From NCBI GenBank assembly GCA_963668645.2, contig CAXXWC010000021.1:1408001-1472000 (forward strand): a stretch of DNA of 64,000 nucleotides. The letters are read 5' to 3'. Below, piece by piece: positions 60,711 to 64,000 of the stretch (positions are counted from its first letter, which is position 1; each line of letters opens with the position of its first letter). The stretch comes from Desulfobacterales bacterium (GTDB lineage Bacteria > Desulfobacterota > Desulfobacteria > Desulfobacterales > UBA2174). The translations under genes and the position numbers were made by a program. Below the pieces are notes generated by a model, which was not told where the DNA came from, made no database searches, and saw only the letters and a program-made list of their open reading frames with translations.

Positions 60711-62399
60711 ATGCGGATGACAACCAGAAGTCAGCAGATCTTGTCCAGGCCAGAATGGTGCATCAATAGATCTTATTACAAGTCCATGGGGTACGCGGAC
60801 AGCAGTCTGGATCGACCCATTATCGGTATCGCCAACGCCTGGAGCACCACCGTTCCAGGTCACAGCAACCTTCGCCAGGTGGCCGAATCGGTAAAGGCCG
60901 GCATCTGGAGCAGCGGCGGGACACCTGTCGAATTCGGTGTCGCTGGCGCCTGTGACGGAATCGCCGAAGGTCACGAAGGGATGCGCTACATTCTGCCGAC
61001 CCGCGACATCATCGCCCACAGCATTGAACTGATGGTTCAGGCACACCGATATGACGGGATCGTTCTACTCGGCTCTTGCGATAAGACGGTCCCGGGGATG
61101 TTGATGGCCGCAGCCCAGCTCGATCTACCGGCGATCCTGGTCAACGGCGGGCCGATGCTCGGAGGGCCCGTCATAGACAATCGAAAAGCGGACACGACTT
61201 CTATCCTGGAAGGGCTAGGCCGACTGCACGCAGGCAAAATCGAGACCGCAGAACTCGTTAAGATGGAAGACCTCTGCGCCCCTACCTGCGGCTCCTGTTC
61301 CTTTTTGGGCACGGCCAACACGATGTGCTGCATCGCCGAAGCCTTAGGCCTCTCTTTGACGGGTAGCGCCATGATTCCCGCAACCCATTCACGACGTTTG
61401 CATTCGGCCTTTGCCAGCGGGGAGGCAATCGTTGATCTGGTCAAAAAGGATATCCACGCTCGCCGGATTATCACCGCAGAATCGATTGAAAATGCTGTGC
61501 GACTGACATCCGCCATCGGCGGCTCCACGAATGCCGCCCTACATATTCCCGCAATTGCCCGTGAAGCCGGCCTCACCTTCAGCATCGACCTGTTCGACGC
61601 GATTAGCCGCTCGACGCCTTTGATTGCAAAAATGAACCCTGCGGCGTCGGCCAATGTCATCGATTTTTACGAGTCGGGGGGCGTACCCGTGGTCATGGCG
61701 GAATTGTTACCGATTCTGCATCCGGATGTGCTCACGGTGACCGGGCAGACGATGAAAACAAACCTGAAAGGATACCAATCTCCAGATAACGAGGTCATTA
61801 AGACCTACTCCCGGCCCTTTAACAAAACCGGCGGATTGGCTGTCCTCTACGGCAATCTGGCGCCTCAATCGGCCATCACCAAGCCGGCGGCGATCGCGCC
61901 GGAAATGCTGACATTTAAAGGACCCGCCAGGGTCTTCGACAGCGAGCAGGAGGCAAACAAGGCTATTTTGCACAATAAGATCAAAGCCGGAGACGTCGTT
62001 GTTATCCGCTACGAAGGCCCCAAGGGCGGCCCCGGGATGCCCGAGATGTTCAAGGCCATGAAATTGCTTCATGGACTGGGGCTGGGGGAAAAGGTGGCGC
62101 TCATCACGGATGGACGTTTTTCCGGAACCAACAACGGATGCTTCATTGGTCACATCTCTCCTGAAGCCATGGAGGGCGGACCGATCGCCTTGGTCCAGGA
62201 AAACGATCTGATTACGATCGACATCCCTGGCAAGAATCTGACTCTGGAAATCAGTGAACAGGAACTTGACGAACGCCGAACGCGTTGGCATCAGCCCACC
62301 AACCGGGTCACAAGCGGATATCTGAGCCTTTATAGTCGTCTAGCATCATCGGCGGCCACGGGCGCCGTAATTTCAGCGGAACCGCCAGCGGCCAAATAA
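60711..62399 (+). CDS. ilvD: IlvD/Edd family dihydroxy-acid dehydratase
   Basis: [64 protein letters not shown]. Confidence 0.88.
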   Translation: MRMTTRSQQILSRPEWCINRSYYKSMGYADSSLDRPIIGIANAWSTTVPGHSNLRQVAESVKAGIWSSGGTPVEFGVAGACDGIAEGHEGMRYILPTRDIIAHSIELMVQAHRYDGIVLLGSCDKTVPGMLMAAAQLDLPAILVNGGPMLGGPVIDNRKADTTSILEGLGRLHAGKIETAELVKMEDLCAPTCGSCSFLGTANTMCCIAEALGLSLTGSAMIPATHSRRLHSAFASGEAIVDLVKKDIHARRIITAESIENAVRLTSAIGGSTNAALHIPAIAREAGLTFSIDLFDAISRSTPLIAKMNPAASANVIDFYESGGVPVVMAELLPILHPDVLTVTGQTMKTNLKGYQSPDNEVIKTYSRPFNKTGGLAVLYGNLAPQSAITKPAAIAPEMLTFKGPARVFDSEQEANKAILHNKIKAGDVVVIRYEGPKGGPGMPEMFKAMKLLHGLGLGEKVALITDGRFSGTNNGCFIGHISPEAMEGGPIALVQENDLITIDIPGKNLTLEISEQELDERRTRWHQPTNRVTSGYLSLYSRLASSAATGAVISAEPPAAK

Positions 62400-62452
62400 T
62401 ACGCCGTCTTGAACTTGTTCTTCCACTCAAGGCCCAACATCAGGAGGTAATA

Positions 62453-63325
62453 ATGAGAAGCAAAAAGCCATCGATCTTCGATCTGTATCAGATGAAGGCT
62501 CAAAACGAGAAAATTTCCTGGCTGACCGCCTATGATTACCCAACGGCCCAGTTTGCCCAGGCGGCGGGCCTGGAGATGATTCTGGTTGGAGACAGTCTGG
62601 GAATGTGCGTTTACGGCTACAACGGTACAGCACCTGTGACCATGAACCAGTGCATTGCACACAGCGAGGCGGTACGCCGCGGTGCGCCCAATTGCTTCGT
62701 GGTGGGAGATATGCCGCTCGGAAGCTACCAGACTTCGGACGTACAGGCGGTGGACAACGCCATCCGCTTTCTTAAAGAAGCCGATGTGGACGCTATCAAA
62801 CTCGAGGGGGGCGTTCGGGTGGCCGAACGCATCCGGGCCATCACCCAGGCCGGAATCAACGTGATCGGCCACATCGGGTTAACCCCGCAAAGTTCTGGAC
62901 AATTGGGCGGACACAAGGCGCAGGGGCGCACCGCCGAAAGCGCCAAAATGGTCGTGGCTGACGCTTTCGCAGTCCAAGAAGCCGGCGCCAAAATGCTTCT
63001 GATTGAGGCCGTACCGCCTGAAGTGACAGACTATATCTGGAAGCATCTGACGATTCCGGTCATGTCGATCGGTGCCGGTCCCTACTGCGACGGTCAACTG
63101 CTGATCGTCAGCGACCTGATCGGACAATTCCAGGCATTCACACCTAAATTTGTCAAAAAGTATTGCAATGTCGCAGAAACTATCACCAAGGCAATGGCCG
63201 ATTACGTCGCGGAAGTCAAAACATCAGTTTTTCCCGATGCCGAGCGGTATTGCTACAAAATGGTTGATGGACAATTCACCAAGTTCTTGGAGTTGATGGA
63301 CTCAAAATGGAATTCTGCCGACTGA
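62453..63325 (+). CDS. panB: Ketopantoate hydroxymethyltransferase (PanB family)
   Basis: AGGAGG RBS; LTAYD, LVGDSLGM, DMPLGSY, KLEGG, GHIGLTPQ, IGAG..CDGQ. Confidence 0.9.
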   Translation: MRSKKPSIFDLYQMKAQNEKISWLTAYDYPTAQFAQAAGLEMILVGDSLGMCVYGYNGTAPVTMNQCIAHSEAVRRGAPNCFVVGDMPLGSYQTSDVQAVDNAIRFLKEADVDAIKLEGGVRVAERIRAITQAGINVIGHIGLTPQSSGQLGGHKAQGRTAESAKMVVADAFAVQEAGAKMLLIEAVPPEVTDYIWKHLTIPVMSIGAGPYCDGQLLIVSDLIGQFQAFTPKFVKKYCNVAETITKAMADYVAEVKTSVFPDAERYCYKMVDGQFTKFLELMDSKWNSAD

Positions 63326-63509
63326 CAAAGCCACTATAAAACAGGACGCCAAACTTAGCGACGGCCTTCCGGTATACCGGGGTGGTTCGAACGAAAATAA
63401 CTCAACCGAAATCGCCCAATTACATCCCGCATGCGAAATTAATGACGGCCTGTAGCCTGCCGGAATCATCTTCGGAAAGTCTTCGAAGATGGTTCCGAAG
63501 GAACGAACA

Positions 63510-64000
63510 ATGAATATCCCCGAACTATCACAGATTCAACAGACATACGACCATCCTAAAATAAAAGATATCGCCACCGAAATCCGGCATCTGTTTTCAC
63601 AGTACCGACTGTCTTCGAAAATCAAGATGGGGGACAAGATCGCAATTACTGCAGGCAGCCGGGGGATTTCAAATATCGTTGCGATATTGTCTGCAGTCGT
63701 GGAAGAGGTAAAACGCTGTGGCGGCTGTCCGTTTCTTGTCACTGCCATGGGCAGCCATGGGGGCGGTACGGCAGAGGGGCAGAAAAGAATACTCTCTGCA
63801 CTAGGAATAACTGAACAAGCGGTCGGAGCGCCGATTAAAGCGACGATGGATGTCGTTGAAATCGGGCGCACCGGATACGGGACTCCGGTATACATCGACA
63901 CCTACTCGAATCAGGCAGCCGGCATCATCGTTGTCAACCGTGTAAAAAAGCATACCGAACAGCACAACACCACTGAAAGTGGTTTAATGAAGATCATGAC
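63510..64000 (+). CDS. LarA-like (DUF2088/DUF362) protein, possible 2-hydroxyacid racemase/epimerase (runs off the window edge)
   Basis: Manually translated, not in the ORF track: MNIPELSQIQQ...IAITAGSRGISNI...PFLVTAMGSHGGGTAEGQ...GIIVVNRVKKHT...ESGLMK. Confidence 0.75.
   Translation, partial: MNIPELSQIQQTYDHPKIKDIATEIRHLFSQYRLSSKIKMGDKIAITAGSRGISNIVAILSAVVEEVKRCGGCPFLVTAMGSHGGGTAEGQKRILSALGITEQAVGAPIKATMDVVEIGRTGYGTPVYIDTYSNQAAGIIVVNRVKKHTEQHNTTESGLMKIM

Overview
Bacterial chromosomal window, probably from a sulfate-reducing deltaproteobacterium (Desulfobacterales-like). This is inferred from gene content and order, not from a marker gene. Bases 1-42 kb are GC-rich housekeeping DNA: a partial DHH/CBS protein, pilC-pilS, lysS, and a long envelope/LPS cluster (lolE/D, bamA, skp, lpxD, fabZ, lpxA, lpxI, a GnnA-like dehydrogenase, lpxB, msbA, lptF/G, waaA, lpxK, heptosyl- and glycosyltransferases, O-antigen ligase, LPS kinase). 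These are followed by yicC-gmk-rlmB, icd, comF, an orphan 2-oxoacid:ferredoxin oxidoreductase beta subunit, fumC and a ferritin-like protein. From about 42 kb the DNA is a patchier, often more AT-rich mosaic of catabolic modules. (i) A FadR/GntR-linked SSS transporter, MBL hydrolase and three-subunit flavin/Fe-S dehydrogenase operon. (ii) A TetR, PuuB-like oxidase and PaaI module. (iii) The most interesting locus, a divergon: a TRAP transporter with a corrinoid methyltransferase system (UroD-type MT1, corrinoid protein, AcsE-type MT2) faces IlvD-, PanB- and LarA-like enzymes, and both promoters carry 8-nt-periodic TGATAA repeats. This may be an undescribed pathway that strips C1 units from a methylated or hydroxymethyl-branched organic acid onto tetrahydrofolate. 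No tRNA, rRNA, CRISPR array, integrase or transposase was recognised. All product calls come from motif recognition, not database searches.
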